Under the pieces are notes generated by a model. It was not told the DNA's origin and did no database searches. It worked only from the letters and a program-made list of their open reading frames with translations. The position numbers were made by a program, and so were the translations under genes. 64,000 nt of DNA from Bacilli bacterium (GTDB taxonomy: Bacteria > Bacillota_I > Bacilli_A > RFN20 > CAG-826): positions 436,320-500,319 of the forward strand of contig JALCSW010000002.1 in the NCBI GenBank assembly GCA_022653695.1. Reading direction: 5' to 3'. Within the stretch, counting starts at the first letter, position 1, and each line of letters begins with the position of its first letter. Shown piece after piece: positions 7,613-17,039 of this stretch.

Positions 7613-10243
7613 TTAATTCCCCTTATAGGCTTTTTTGAGGATCCCCTCCATGTCGACGACGAGCGGGACCCGCGGGTTGGCCGGGGTGCACTGGTCCTCA
7701 TAGGCGAGGTAGGAGATCTTTTCGAGGTTATTATCCCATAGTTTCTCGTCGGGGACGAGACTTTGGAAATTCATGTCGATGCCGACTTCCTTGCCGAGGG
7801 CCATGACGGCGTCGGCGAGGACCCCGGCCGCTTCCGTTTTGCTCTTGGCCCCCAAACCGAGAACGTTGCAGATTTCGAGGTATTTTTCGTCGCATTGGTA
7901 TTCCTCGTATTTCGGCCAAACGCTGAGTTTGGTCGGGGCCGTTCCGTTGTAGCGGATGACGTGGGGAAGGAGGATGGCGCAGGTTTGCCCGTGGATGAAA
8001 TGGTATTCGGCGCCGAGCTTATGGGCCAAGCTGTGGCAGAGGCCGAGGAAGGCGTTGGCGAAAGCCATGCCGGCGATCGTCGCCGCGTTATGCATCTTCT
8101 CCCGGGCCTTGAGGTCATGCTTGCCGTCTTTGACGGCGCGCGGCAGATAGGCGAAGACGAGTTTGATCGCCTCGAGCGCGAGGCCGTCGGTGTAGTCGCT
8201 CGCCATGACGGAGGTGTAGGCCTCGATGGCGTGGGTGAGGACGTCCATGCCGGTATAGGCGGTCGACTTGGCGGGCAAATTAGTCGTGAATTCCGGATCG
8301 ACTATGGCGATCGAAGGGGTGAGCGAATAGTCGGTCAGCGGGTATTTTTTGCCATGGGCCTTGTCGCTGATGACGGCGAAAGGCGAGACCTCGCTGCCGG
8401 TCCCGGACGTCGTCGGGATGCAGATGAGCTTGCTCTTGCGGCCAAGTTCCGGGTATTTGAAAGCGCGTTTGCGGATGTCCATGAACTTCTCTTTGAGGTC
8501 GTCGAAATTGACTTCGGGGTGCTCGTAGAAGATCCACATCGCCTTCGCGGCGTCCATCGAGGAGCCGCCGCCGAGGGCGATGATGGTGTCGGGCTTGAAC
8601 GCGTCCATGAGCTCGACGCCGCGCCGAACGGTCGTGATGTCGGGATCCGGTTCGACCTCCGCGAAGAGCTGATAAGTCACGGGGTTGCGACGGAGGTTCA
8701 GCTCATCGATGATTTTGTTGAGAAACCCCAACTCCACCATCGAATGGTCGGTGACGATGAAAACCTTGCCGACCTCCTTGCACGAACGGAGGTATTGGAT
8801 GCTGTTGCGTTCGAAATAGATCTTCTGCGGAACCTTGAACCACTGCATGGTGTTTCTCCTTTTGCCGACTTTCTTGATGTTGAGCAGGTTGACGGCGCTC
8901 ACGTTGCCGCCGACGGAGTTGCGGCCATAGGAGCCGCAGCCCAACGTGAGCGAAGGCAGGAACGAATTGTACACGTTTCCGATTCCGCCGAAAGTGGACG
9001 GGGAATTCCAAATAACGCGAAGGGCTTTGACCTTGTCCCCGTAGGCGTCGGCCATCGCCTGCTCCTTGCAATGGATCGCGGCGCTATGGCCCAAACCGCC
9101 GAACTCCAGCATCCGCTCAGCCATGGCGAAGCCCTCTTCCGGCCCCTTGACCTTGTAGAAGCCCAGCACCGGGGACAGTTTTTCGCGGGAAAGCGGCTCC
9201 TCGGGCCCGACGTCCTTGAGCTCCACCGCGATGATCGCGGTCCTCTCGGGAACGGCGAAACCGCTTTTCTCGGCGATCCAGGCGGGCGACATCCCGGCCA
9301 CGTCGGGGTTGAGCCGCGCCGATTCGACGCCTTTTTCCCCACGGGAGTAACCGAACATGAATTTCTCGAGTTTGGCCTTTTCCTCCTTCGAGGCGAAATA
9401 GACGTGGAAACGGGCGAACTTCTCTTTCATGGGGACGTATATCGCCTCGTCGACGAAGACGGCCGACTCGCTGGCGCAGATCATGCCGTTGTCGAAATTC
9501 TTCGAAAGGACGACGTCGTTGACGGTTTGGTCCTGATCGCACGAGGCGTTGATGTAGCACGGGACGTTGCCGGCGCCGACGCCCAACGCCGGTTTGCCGC
9601 AACTATAGGCGGCCTTGACCATGGAGTTGCCTCCCGTGGCGAGGATGGTGGCGACTCCGGGGTGCTGCATGAGCGCGGTCGTGGCGTCCATCGAAGGGTG
9701 CTCGATCCATTGGATGCAGTTCTCGGGCGCCCCGGCCGCGACGGCGGCATCGCGCATGACGATGGCGGCGGCCTTCGAGCATTCCTGGGCTTTCGGATGG
9801 AAGGCGAAGATGATGGGGTTCCTCGTCTTCAATGAGATAAGCGATTTGAAAATGACGGTCGAAGTCGGGTTCGTGACCGGGGTGATGCCGGCGATGACGC
9901 CGACGGGTTCGGCGATTTCGGTGATGCCGGTGACCGGGTTCTCGGAGATGATGCCCACGGTCTTGAGGTGGCGCATGTTGTTCACGACGTATTCGCAGGC
10001 GAAAAGGTTCTTCGTCGCTTTGTCCTCAAAGACGCCGCGATGGGTCTCCTCGATGGCCTTGCGGGCCAAGAAACCGTGCTTGTCGAGCCCGGCTACGGAC
10101 ATTTTGGCGACGATGTAATCGATCTGCTCCTGATTGAAGGACGCGAATCGGTCAAGGGCCGTCAGCCCTTTCTTGACCAACTCATCCACTTCCGCTTTCG
10201 CGGCCGCGGCCCCGTCGACGGCCGCTTCGTTTTTTTCGCTCAT
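7613..10243 (-). CDS. adhE: Bifunctional acetaldehyde-CoA/alcohol dehydrogenase
   Basis: 876 aa from the ATG at 10241-10243, preceded by AAGGAGAG. It has an N-terminal aldehyde dehydrogenase part and a C-terminal iron-type ADH part (GGGSSMDAAK, histidine-rich metal site region). The track ORF begins 13 codons further upstream without an RBS. Confidence 0.95.
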   Translation of the reverse strand: MSEKNEAAVDGAAAAKAEVDELVKKGLTALDRFASFNQEQIDYIVAKMSVAGLDKHGFLARKAIEETHRGVFEDKATKNLFACEYVVNNMRHLKTVGIISENPVTGITEIAEPVGVIAGITPVTNPTSTVIFKSLISLKTRNPIIFAFHPKAQECSKAAAIVMRDAAVAAGAPENCIQWIEHPSMDATTALMQHPGVATILATGGNSMVKAAYSCGKPALGVGAGNVPCYINASCDQDQTVNDVVLSKNFDNGMICASESAVFVDEAIYVPMKEKFARFHVYFASKEEKAKLEKFMFGYSRGEKGVESARLNPDVAGMSPAWIAEKSGFAVPERTAIIAVELKDVGPEEPLSREKLSPVLGFYKVKGPEEGFAMAERMLEFGGLGHSAAIHCKEQAMADAYGDKVKALRVIWNSPSTFGGIGNVYNSFLPSLTLGCGSYGRNSVGGNVSAVNLLNIKKVGKRRNTMQWFKVPQKIYFERNSIQYLRSCKEVGKVFIVTDHSMVELGFLNKIIDELNLRRNPVTYQLFAEVEPDPDITTVRRGVELMDAFKPDTIIALGGGSSMDAAKAMWIFYEHPEVNFDDLKEKFMDIRKRAFKYPELGRKSKLICIPTTSGTGSEVSPFAVISDKAHGKKYPLTDYSLTPSIAIVDPEFTTNLPAKSTAYTGMDVLTHAIEAYTSVMASDYTDGLALEAIKLVFAYLPRAVKDGKHDLKAREKMHNAATIAGMAFANAFLGLCHSLAHKLGAEYHFIHGQTCAILLPHVIRYNGTAPTKLSVWPKYEEYQCDEKYLEICNVLGLGAKSKTEAAGVLADAVMALGKEVGIDMNFQSLVPDEKLWDNNLEKISYLAYEDQCTPANPRVPLVVDMEGILKKAYKGN

Positions 10244-10258
10244 ATTTCTCTCCTTGTT

Positions 10259-10427
10259 TATCGGTATTCTTTTACCGGACACATTCTATGAACCCCGATC
10301 GATAAAATCAATAGGTTTCAGTACAGTTTTACCGATATGAAATATAATGCCGATGAATCCTGACTATATATCAGTACAATTACCGATAAGTTTATTGAAA
10401 GCGTTTCCATGAAAACCGGTATATCGG
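10259..10427. promoter_or_regulatory. Cluster of TACCGATA-type repeats in the adhE / MFS divergent control region
   Basis: Direct repeats are TCAGTACAGTTTTACCGATA (10318-10337) and TCAGTACAATTACCGATA (10371-10388). An inverted copy TATCGGTA sits at 10259-10266, and a related ACCGGTATATCGGC at 10414-10427. Confidence 0.5.
10283..10311 (-). promoter_or_regulatory. Candidate sigma-70 promoter of adhE
   Basis: On the minus strand: TTGATT (10306-10311), 17-nt spacer, TAGAAT (10283-10288), about 40 nt upstream of the adhE ATG. Confidence 0.4.
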
Positions 10428-10547
10428 CAGAAAATCCGCCCAGGCGTTCCGGCTCCCGAAAAAAAGCTCGTAACCTCAGTCGCCTCCGATTTCGCCTTTC
10501 AAAGGTTTCCGGCGGGTCGTAGACTGATTGAAAAGAGGAATAACCTT

Positions 10548-12023
10548 ATGGGCACTTCCGAAAAGAAAGAACGGCGGCGTTTGGCCGCGGAAGCCAGAAG
10601 AAGGAAACGCGAGGAAGATAAGGAAGGGCACCGCCTTCGGAGCGAGGCCCGCGAAATGGGGCGGCTGGAGAAAGAGAAGGCCCGGCCCAAAGGAAAAGGA
10701 TACTTATGGTACCTTATCTTTTTCCTTTGCCTCGTTTACATCGTCGATGAGGTGGCCACCGGGCTCCATAACGGCATCGTGAACGAAGCCGTTTCCTCCT
10801 TTTTCATCACGAGTTCCGACCCCCGTCTCGCAAGCGAGGAGACCTCGAACGGCTTAGGCACTTTCAGCACCATGGAAATGGTCGCCAACATTTTGTTGGT
10901 CATCGGTTTCTTCTACAAGGCCTTGGCCGACCGCTTCGGCCGCAAGCCGTTCCTCATTGCCAACACGATCGGCATGGTCGGAGGCTTGCTTCTATGCCTA
11001 TGGGGACCCAACCTCGCGGTTTATATCCTCGGTTTTTGCGTCATCCGTTTCTTCGTGACGCCCGACGAGCAGATCGTCTATATCTTCGAGTCGGCCCCGA
11101 AGGAAAAGCGCGGCTCCATCTATAGCGGCGTCAAAGGCGTCGCCGAGCTCGGGCTTCTTCTGATCCCGCTTGGCCGTTACCTCTTCATCGACTCGCTCGG
11201 GAACGGCTGGAGGATGGTCTTCCTGATCCCGGCCTGCATAGGCGCCGCCGTCAGTTTCTTCCTTTGCTTCTTCGCCCGCGAAACCGATCCTTTCATCGAA
11301 TCGCGCCTGAGGTTCCTCAAGCTCTCGCCCGCGGAACGCCTGGCGATCGCCAAAGAGAAAAAGGACCAGTCGAGAAAGCAGGGCGGCTTCTTCGCCGCGG
11401 TCAGGTACGGCTGGGGCGGCAAGCAACTCCGCTGGATTTTCATCGTCACGATCCTTTTCACTTTGTCGCGGTGGATCACGAGCGAGTACTCGCCTATCCT
11501 CGACGCCGCTGGATTCACCGGCGCCCAAACGACGAACGCCCTCTTCATGTATCCGATCACGGCGGCCCTTATCGTTTTCGCCTATGGCTTCCTCAGCGAC
11601 AAAGTCGGGCGCAAAATCACGTCCATAACCCTTTTGGCGATCACCATCGTCTCGCTCAGCCTGTTCGTTCTGGGGGCTTACCTCCGGTGGAACGAATTCG
11701 CCCTCGGCTTGCTCATAGGCCTCTTCTTGGGGGCATACTGGAGCAACGGCGACACGCTCATCCTCATGACCGGCGAAAGCGCCCCGACGAACCTGCGCGC
11801 CTCCATCATGTCGGCTCAAACGATGTTCTATGGCATCGGCATGGTCGTGAGCCAAGGCTTGGGATCCATCGCCCTCAAGGTTTTCAAGATGCCGGCGTCC
11901 TATATCGGCCTCTTCTCGATTTGCCTCGCCATCCCTTGCTTCGTCCTTTCCCTCGTCTTCCTTATGGGCAAAGTCAAGGAAACGAAAGGCGCCGACGTCG
12001 ACAAGGCGGTCACGCAGGAATAG
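10548..12023 (+). CDS. MFS transporter with a ~50-aa highly charged N-terminal extension
   Basis: AAGAGGA RBS upstream. About 12 hydrophobic segments and an MFS loop motif (LADRFGRKP). The N-terminus reads MGTSEKKERRRLAAEARRRKREEDKEGHRLRSEAREMGRLEKEKARPKGKG. Confidence 0.85.
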   Translation: MGTSEKKERRRLAAEARRRKREEDKEGHRLRSEAREMGRLEKEKARPKGKGYLWYLIFFLCLVYIVDEVATGLHNGIVNEAVSSFFITSSDPRLASEETSNGLGTFSTMEMVANILLVIGFFYKALADRFGRKPFLIANTIGMVGGLLLCLWGPNLAVYILGFCVIRFFVTPDEQIVYIFESAPKEKRGSIYSGVKGVAELGLLLIPLGRYLFIDSLGNGWRMVFLIPACIGAAVSFFLCFFARETDPFIESRLRFLKLSPAERLAIAKEKKDQSRKQGGFFAAVRYGWGGKQLRWIFIVTILFTLSRWITSEYSPILDAAGFTGAQTTNALFMYPITAALIVFAYGFLSDKVGRKITSITLLAITIVSLSLFVLGAYLRWNEFALGLLIGLFLGAYWSNGDTLILMTGESAPTNLRASIMSAQTMFYGIGMVVSQGLGSIALKVFKMPASYIGLFSICLAIPCFVLSLVFLMGKVKETKGADVDKAVTQE

Positions 12024-12091
12024 ACGTCTTCTAGAAAACCGATGGCTTTTCCTCCGCCGTTCCCTTTGCGTTCCGTTACAATGGATAGGCA

Positions 12092-12460
12092 ATGAAAAAG
12101 AACGGACCCGACAGACTTCGCATCGATTCCTACAAGAGACACCTTGCGATCAACTTGGCTTGCTTCCTCGTCGACGCCTCCCTCTTCGCCGCCGCTTTCG
12201 CCATCGCCTACGCGGTCGGCTCTTCAGGATGGATGCTGGCTAACATCGCCTTCGCCCTCGTCTCCGTCCTTGGGCTCGCCATCACGGTCGTCGGCATCCT
12301 CAATCCGAACGCGCTGATTTCCACCTCGTCGGTGAAAGGGCCGAAAAATTACGCCGACTTCGATCTCGCCGCCCGTCGCTACTACGTCTCGTCCATGTAT
12401 TCGTTTTGGGGGTTCTTGGGTTTCATCGGCTTGGTTTTCGTGATCGTCTTAGCCGTGTGA
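12092..12460 (+). CDS. Small hypothetical membrane protein
   Basis: 122 aa with three or four hydrophobic helices. I recognised no motif and the RBS is weak. Confidence 0.45.
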   Translation: MKKNGPDRLRIDSYKRHLAINLACFLVDASLFAAAFAIAYAVGSSGWMLANIAFALVSVLGLAITVVGILNPNALISTSSVKGPKNYADFDLAARRYYVSSMYSFWGFLGFIGLVFVIVLAV

Positions 12461-12461
12461 A

Positions 12462-12498
12462 GAAAGCCCCATCGAAACAAGCGTCCAATGGGGCTTCA
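12462..12498. terminator. Weak hairpin between convergent genes
   Basis: AAGCCCCAT (12464-12472) pairs with ATGGGGCTT (12488-12496). The loop is 15 nt and the U-tract is poor. Confidence 0.35.
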
Positions 12499-12508
12499 TG
12501 GGCCGTTT

Positions 12509-13750
12509 TCAGAGAACGATGTCCTCTTTTTTGCGCTTCCCCTGCCGGCCTTTCTTGAATTCGATCTCGCCTTTGCCGATGGCGCCGACCGGGCACACGA
12601 GGGAGCATAGGAGGCAACCGACGCACTTATCGCGATCGCACTTCGGGCGGCGCCTTTCCTTATCCCATTCCATGGCTTGGTGGGCCCCGTCGTAACAAGA
12701 GACGACGCAGCGTCCGCAACCGACGCAACGGTCCTCGTCGATCGCCGGATAGACTTTGTAATCGCGATCGAGTCTCTCAGCCGGGATGATACTCTTATTG
12801 GCTAAGCCGACGAGATCCTCCAAGCGGTCGACGCCTTGCTCCTCCATATAATGCTGAAGGCCATTTTTCATGTCTTCGACGATCCGGTAGCCGTACTCCA
12901 TGACGGAGGTGGTCACCTGCAATGTCTTGGCGCCGAGGAGGATGAATTCCGCCGCGTCGACCCAGGTCTCGATGCCGCCGATCCCCGAAATCTCGAGATT
13001 GGGCATGGCTTCGCGCATCTGCTGGATGAAGCGGAGGGCGATCGGCTTGACCGCCTTGCCGCTGTAACCGCTGATGGACGATTTGCCATTAACGATCGGC
13101 ATGCCGATCTTTTTGTCGAGGTCCACGTTGCAGATGGACTTGACGGTGTTGATGGCGGAAATGCCATCGGCCCCGCCTTCGAGGCAGGCCTTGGCCACCG
13201 GGACCATATCGGTGATGTTCGGGGTCATCTTGGCCATGAACGGAAGTTTGCTGCCGCGGCGGACGGCCGCGCAGTACTTCCTGCACAGTTCCGGATCGCT
13301 GCCGACGTCGCTCCCCATCGCGTGAGAGGTCATCTGGGGGCAGGAGAAATTGAGTTCGAGCATATCGGCTCCGGCTTCGGTGGCAAGGCGGGCGAGGTCC
13401 TCCCATTCCTTTTCGTTGGCCCCCATGATCGAGGCGATAAGGACGTTGCTTGGGTAGTCGCGCTTCAGCGCCCCGATATCGCGAAGGTTGTCCGCAAGGG
13501 GGTGCTCGGCGATCTGCTCCATGTTCTTGAAGCCGACGAACGGGGTGTCCTCCTTGGCGAGTTTGTCGAAACGCGGCGAGACCTCGTCAGCGATGAAAAA
13601 GCCGATGGTCTTGAACACCACGCCGCCCCACCCGGTCTTATAGGCTTTCGCGCACATGTCATAGCAATTGCCGACCGGGGAAGCGCTCAAGCAAAACGGA
13701 TTGGGGAACCTGACCCCCATGAACGTGATCGAAAGATCTTTGTTGGCCAT
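12509..13750 (-). CDS. preA: NAD-dependent dihydropyrimidine dehydrogenase subunit PreA-like (DHOD-like TIM barrel plus C-terminal 2x 4Fe-4S)
   Basis: ATG at 13748-13750 ([25 protein letters not shown]...), 1 nt after the preT stop. The C-terminus carries [11 protein letters not shown] and [12 protein letters not shown]. The track ORF is extended 39 codons into preT. Confidence 0.8.
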   Translation of the reverse strand: MANKDLSITFMGVRFPNPFCLSASPVGNCYDMCAKAYKTGWGGVVFKTIGFFIADEVSPRFDKLAKEDTPFVGFKNMEQIAEHPLADNLRDIGALKRDYPSNVLIASIMGANEKEWEDLARLATEAGADMLELNFSCPQMTSHAMGSDVGSDPELCRKYCAAVRRGSKLPFMAKMTPNITDMVPVAKACLEGGADGISAINTVKSICNVDLDKKIGMPIVNGKSSISGYSGKAVKPIALRFIQQMREAMPNLEISGIGGIETWVDAAEFILLGAKTLQVTTSVMEYGYRIVEDMKNGLQHYMEEQGVDRLEDLVGLANKSIIPAERLDRDYKVYPAIDEDRCVGCGRCVVSCYDGAHQAMEWDKERRRPKCDRDKCVGCLLCSLVCPVGAIGKGEIEFKKGRQGKRKKEDIVL

Positions 13751-13751
13751 G

Positions 13752-14963
13752 TTATTTTCCCTCCAGGTAAGCGTCGATCCGGTAGGCGACTTCCTTGCCG
13801 GTTCGGACGCCGTAAACGACCGTTTTGTCGCCATGGGCGATGTCGCCCGCGACGAAGACGTTGCCACTGTCGGCCCCTTCGCCTTTGCTTAGGCGGATGT
13901 CCGTGATGTCGCCGAGGTCGCTAGTCTGGCCGACGGCCAAGACGATGAGATCGGCCTTGACGGAAAGCCGGCTTTCCTTGTAACGGTGCGTGAATTCCAC
14001 TACGCCGCCCTCGAACTTTGTCGGCATATAGCCGTCGAGGATCGAAACGCCGAGTTTTTGGGCGCCCCGAAGCTCCTTTTCGCTGGCCTTGAATTCGGCG
14101 AACGTCTCGTAGACCACGTCGGTGACCTCTTCCACGCCGAGGAGCTTAAGGGTGGTGACGGTATCCATGGCGACGTCGCCTCCGCCGATGACGAGCGCGC
14201 TCTTCGGCAAAGCGATTTTGCCGGCCTTGGTTTTCGTCCTCGCGAGGAAATCGACCGCCGTGACGACGTTTTTGGCGCCCTTGAACATCGGGAGGACTTT
14301 CCCTTGGCTCGCCCCGATGGCAAGAACGACCGCGTCGAAGCGGCCCTTGAGCCCGTCGAGTTCCTTTTGGCCTATTCTGACGTTATGATGGATTTTGACG
14401 CCCAATCCCTCGATGCGCCCAATCTCCTCGTCCACGACTCTATTGGGCAGACGGTATTCCGGAATGCCATAGCGAAGGTAGCCGCCGGCTTCGGGGTTCT
14501 TGTCGAAAACCTCGGCCGCGTAGCCGAGTTTCTCCAGCGTGGCCGCGGCGGTTAGGCCCGCGGGCCCGGCGCCGACGATGGCGACTTTCTTGCCGTTTCT
14601 CTTCCCCTTTGGCAGGAATTTAAAGCCACGAGCTTCTTCGTAATCGGTGACGAACTGTTGGATCTTCCCGATGTCGATCGGGCGGTCGATGCCGCTTCGG
14701 GAGCATCCTTTCTGGCAATAGCGTTCGGTGGGGCAGACCCGGGCGCAGATGGAACCGAGCGGATTGTTCGTGCGTATGGTTTCGGCCGCGCCCACGTAAT
14801 TAAGGAAACGCACGCTCCGGATGAACTTGCCCGGGTCGGTCCCGGCGGGGCAGGCCGCGCTGCAAGGCGCGTCAAGGCATAGAAGGCAACGGTCGGCCTC
14901 TTCGGCGACCGTCTTCAAAGAGAAAGGCTCTTCGAATGGTTGCGCGTATTTACAATTGTCCAT
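13752..14963 (-). CDS. preT: PreT-like / glutamate synthase small-subunit-like NAD(P)H oxidoreductase
   Basis: N-terminal Fe-S motifs ([25 protein letters not shown]) followed by the Rossmann motif [14 protein letters not shown]. Confidence 0.8.
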   Translation of the reverse strand: MDNCKYAQPFEEPFSLKTVAEEADRCLLCLDAPCSAACPAGTDPGKFIRSVRFLNYVGAAETIRTNNPLGSICARVCPTERYCQKGCSRSGIDRPIDIGKIQQFVTDYEEARGFKFLPKGKRNGKKVAIVGAGPAGLTAAATLEKLGYAAEVFDKNPEAGGYLRYGIPEYRLPNRVVDEEIGRIEGLGVKIHHNVRIGQKELDGLKGRFDAVVLAIGASQGKVLPMFKGAKNVVTAVDFLARTKTKAGKIALPKSALVIGGGDVAMDTVTTLKLLGVEEVTDVVYETFAEFKASEKELRGAQKLGVSILDGYMPTKFEGGVVEFTHRYKESRLSVKADLIVLAVGQTSDLGDITDIRLSKGEGADSGNVFVAGDIAHGDKTVVYGVRTGKEVAYRIDAYLEGK

Positions 14964-15213
14964 ATAGTTGACCTCATTGCTAAGTTTACGCTATGTAAGC
15001 GCTTCCGTGAAGATATGAAGAAACAAATACCGGTTTATCGCATCTTTTGAAAGGGCGGCGTATAAAATGGAATCGTCAGCCAAACGATCGGACCGGACCG
15101 TTTTCCGTTAAGAAAGATGGCTAGACGGCCGCGGCTCGCCCCACTTCGCTCTTTTTTCAAAGGGCAAAGAAGCGCAAAATGTTAAGTCCGTTATTTCCTG
15201 GCGAGGTGGCATC

Positions 15214-16671
15214 ATGAACGACGAAGCGACGTTGGCGAAACCGGAGGGCCGGATTTCAAAATTCTTCCACCTCCGCGAACGAGGGGGCAAATTCGGCGCC
15301 GAGATCCTAGGCGGCGTCGTCACTTTCCTCGCGATGTCCTATATCCTTCCGGTCAACGCCAGAATCCTTTCCGACGCGGGCATGGATTCCTTGGGCGTCT
15401 TCGGAAGCACCGCTCTCGTGAGCGCCCTCGTCACGCTTATCATGGCCCTCGTGGCCAACTGCCCAATCGCCCTTAGCTCCGGGATGGGCTTGAACGCTTA
15501 TTTGGCCTATACGGTCTGCGGGCAACTTGGCTACAGTTGGCAGGAAGCCATGATCCTGCTCACCGTGACCGGCATCGTCTTCTTCGTTTTCTCCTTGACC
15601 CCCATACGGCGGAAAATCATCGATTCGTTCCCGACCGACCTGAAGGCCATCATCTCGGCCGGCCTCGGCGGATTCATCGCCTTCGTCGGTCTCAAAGGCG
15701 CCGGGATCATCGTCGCCGACAGTTCCACTTTGGTGGCTTTGGGGTCCTTGTCGGACCCGTCCGTCCTTCTCGCGGTCTTTGGCATAATCCTCGTCCTGAT
15801 CCTGATGAACGTGAAGACCAAAAAAGGGCTTATATCGTCTTTATCCGTGCCCATCGGCATGGCGACGGTCGCCATCGTGGGCATCATCATCAGGGCCTGC
15901 GGAGTCGATAACGAGGGCCTGCCGTGGGCGGACTTCTCCGCTCACTGGGGCATGAACGATTACCAAAACGTTTTCGCCTATGGCCTCCTTTCCTCGGGGC
16001 AGGCGGGACTCGTGACCGGAAACGGCTTTTGGGGCCTCGTCGGCGACGTTTTCGCCCAACCGGCCTCCTATGTCGTCATTTTCTCGCTGATGTTCGTCAA
16101 CCTGTTCGACACCACGGCCACTTTAATGGCCATCGGCAGGGAGACCAAACTGTTTGGCGAAGACGGGAAAATGAAAAGCAACCGCGTCATCATGGCCGAT
16201 GCCACGGGCGCCCTCATCTGCGCCCCCCTTGGCACCGCCACCGTCACCTCGTTCGTCGAATCGACGATCGGCGTGAAGATCGGCGCCAAAACGGGGCTGG
16301 CCTCGGTCGTGACCGCTTCCCTTTTCCTTCTTTCGGCTTTCGCCTACCCGCTTTTCCAGGCCTTCACCTACTCTTGCGTCACCTGCCCCGCCCTCGTCGT
16401 CGTGGGCGCCATGATTTTCTCAAGCAATCTCAAAACCATCAAATGGTCCGACACCGAAATCGGCTTCACGGCCTTCGTCACGATTCTCATGATCGTCCTT
16501 ACCTACTCCCTAACCAACGGCATCGGCTTCGGCCTGTTCGTCTACTGCGCCATCATGCTCGCCAAGGGCAAAGGCAAAAACGTGTCGTGGATCCTCTATC
16601 TTATCGCTGGAATCTATGTCCTTGATTTTGCCCTCAGCGCCGTCTTAGCCAAGTTGGGGGCAACCGTATAA
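15214..16671 (+). CDS. NCS2/AzgA-family purine (adenine/guanine/hypoxanthine) permease
   Basis: The N-terminus FHLRERGGKFGAEILGGVVTFLAMSYILPVNARIL is typical of the AzgA/PbuG-like family. Multiple TM segments. Confidence 0.85.
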   Translation: MNDEATLAKPEGRISKFFHLRERGGKFGAEILGGVVTFLAMSYILPVNARILSDAGMDSLGVFGSTALVSALVTLIMALVANCPIALSSGMGLNAYLAYTVCGQLGYSWQEAMILLTVTGIVFFVFSLTPIRRKIIDSFPTDLKAIISAGLGGFIAFVGLKGAGIIVADSSTLVALGSLSDPSVLLAVFGIILVLILMNVKTKKGLISSLSVPIGMATVAIVGIIIRACGVDNEGLPWADFSAHWGMNDYQNVFAYGLLSSGQAGLVTGNGFWGLVGDVFAQPASYVVIFSLMFVNLFDTTATLMAIGRETKLFGEDGKMKSNRVIMADATGALICAPLGTATVTSFVESTIGVKIGAKTGLASVVTASLFLLSAFAYPLFQAFTYSCVTCPALVVVGAMIFSSNLKTIKWSDTEIGFTAFVTILMIVLTYSLTNGIGFGLFVYCAIMLAKGKGKNVSWILYLIAGIYVLDFALSAVLAKLGATV

Positions 16672-16929
16672 CGTCCCTCGCCAACGATCTTTCCATTTTA
16701 CGGAACTCATTAAATTAAACCCTTGGAAACCCAAAGTTTCGCCTTTCGTTTTGGCGCGAATAAGGCCTTTGGGCAATCTCTCGCCCCTCTCTCGGTTAAT
16801 TTTACAATTCGGTTCCTCTTCATTCAGCGATAAAAGCTTTCGTAAAATTTCGTTGGTCGTTTGCTTGTTTTTCGCTTTTGGCGGAGAATGATCTTCGCGC
16901 GAGCGGGCCCATTCGCGCTCACCCCCGCA

Positions 16930-16957
16930 TTGACAATAACCAATCGTTTTATAAAAT
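16930..16957 (+). promoter_or_regulatory. Candidate sigma-70 promoter of the surface-protein operon
   Basis: TTGACA (16930-16935), 16-nt spacer, TAAAAT (16952-16957), about 80 nt upstream of the first ATG. Confidence 0.5.
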
Positions 16958-17039
16958 TAACGTATCAGAAGGGCAAAACCGGCGACGCAAAGCTACAGGG
17001 TCTCGATGAGATAGCCAGTTGTTAGGAACGGCCGAGAAC

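Noticed and set aside
7763-9835. 690-aa ORF on the plus strand, and similar long ORFs such as 2879..4546 (+), 10998..12092 (-), 25055..25978 (-), 33179..34405 (-), 55507..56562 (-) and 63256..63945 (-)
   Set aside because: All lie fully antisense to genes with unmistakable conserved motifs (adhE, hfsD-like, MFS, DUF362, rnj, feoB, pit). Their products are Arg/Gly/Asp/His/Val-rich with no recognisable motif, which is the typical stop-codon-poor antisense artefact of high-GC DNA.
10244-10547. Rex operator (TTGTGAA-N6-TTCACAA) in front of adhE
   Set aside because: Neither GTGAA/TTCAC half-site pairs nor a close variant are present. The region is instead dominated by TACCGATA-type repeats, reported as a finding.
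14964-15213. Purine riboswitch upstream of the NCS2 purine permease
   Set aside because: No match by eye to the conserved purine-riboswitch core (the TATAAT...GGATATGG...CTACC...CCGTAAAT-type junction). Only short generic hairpins are present.
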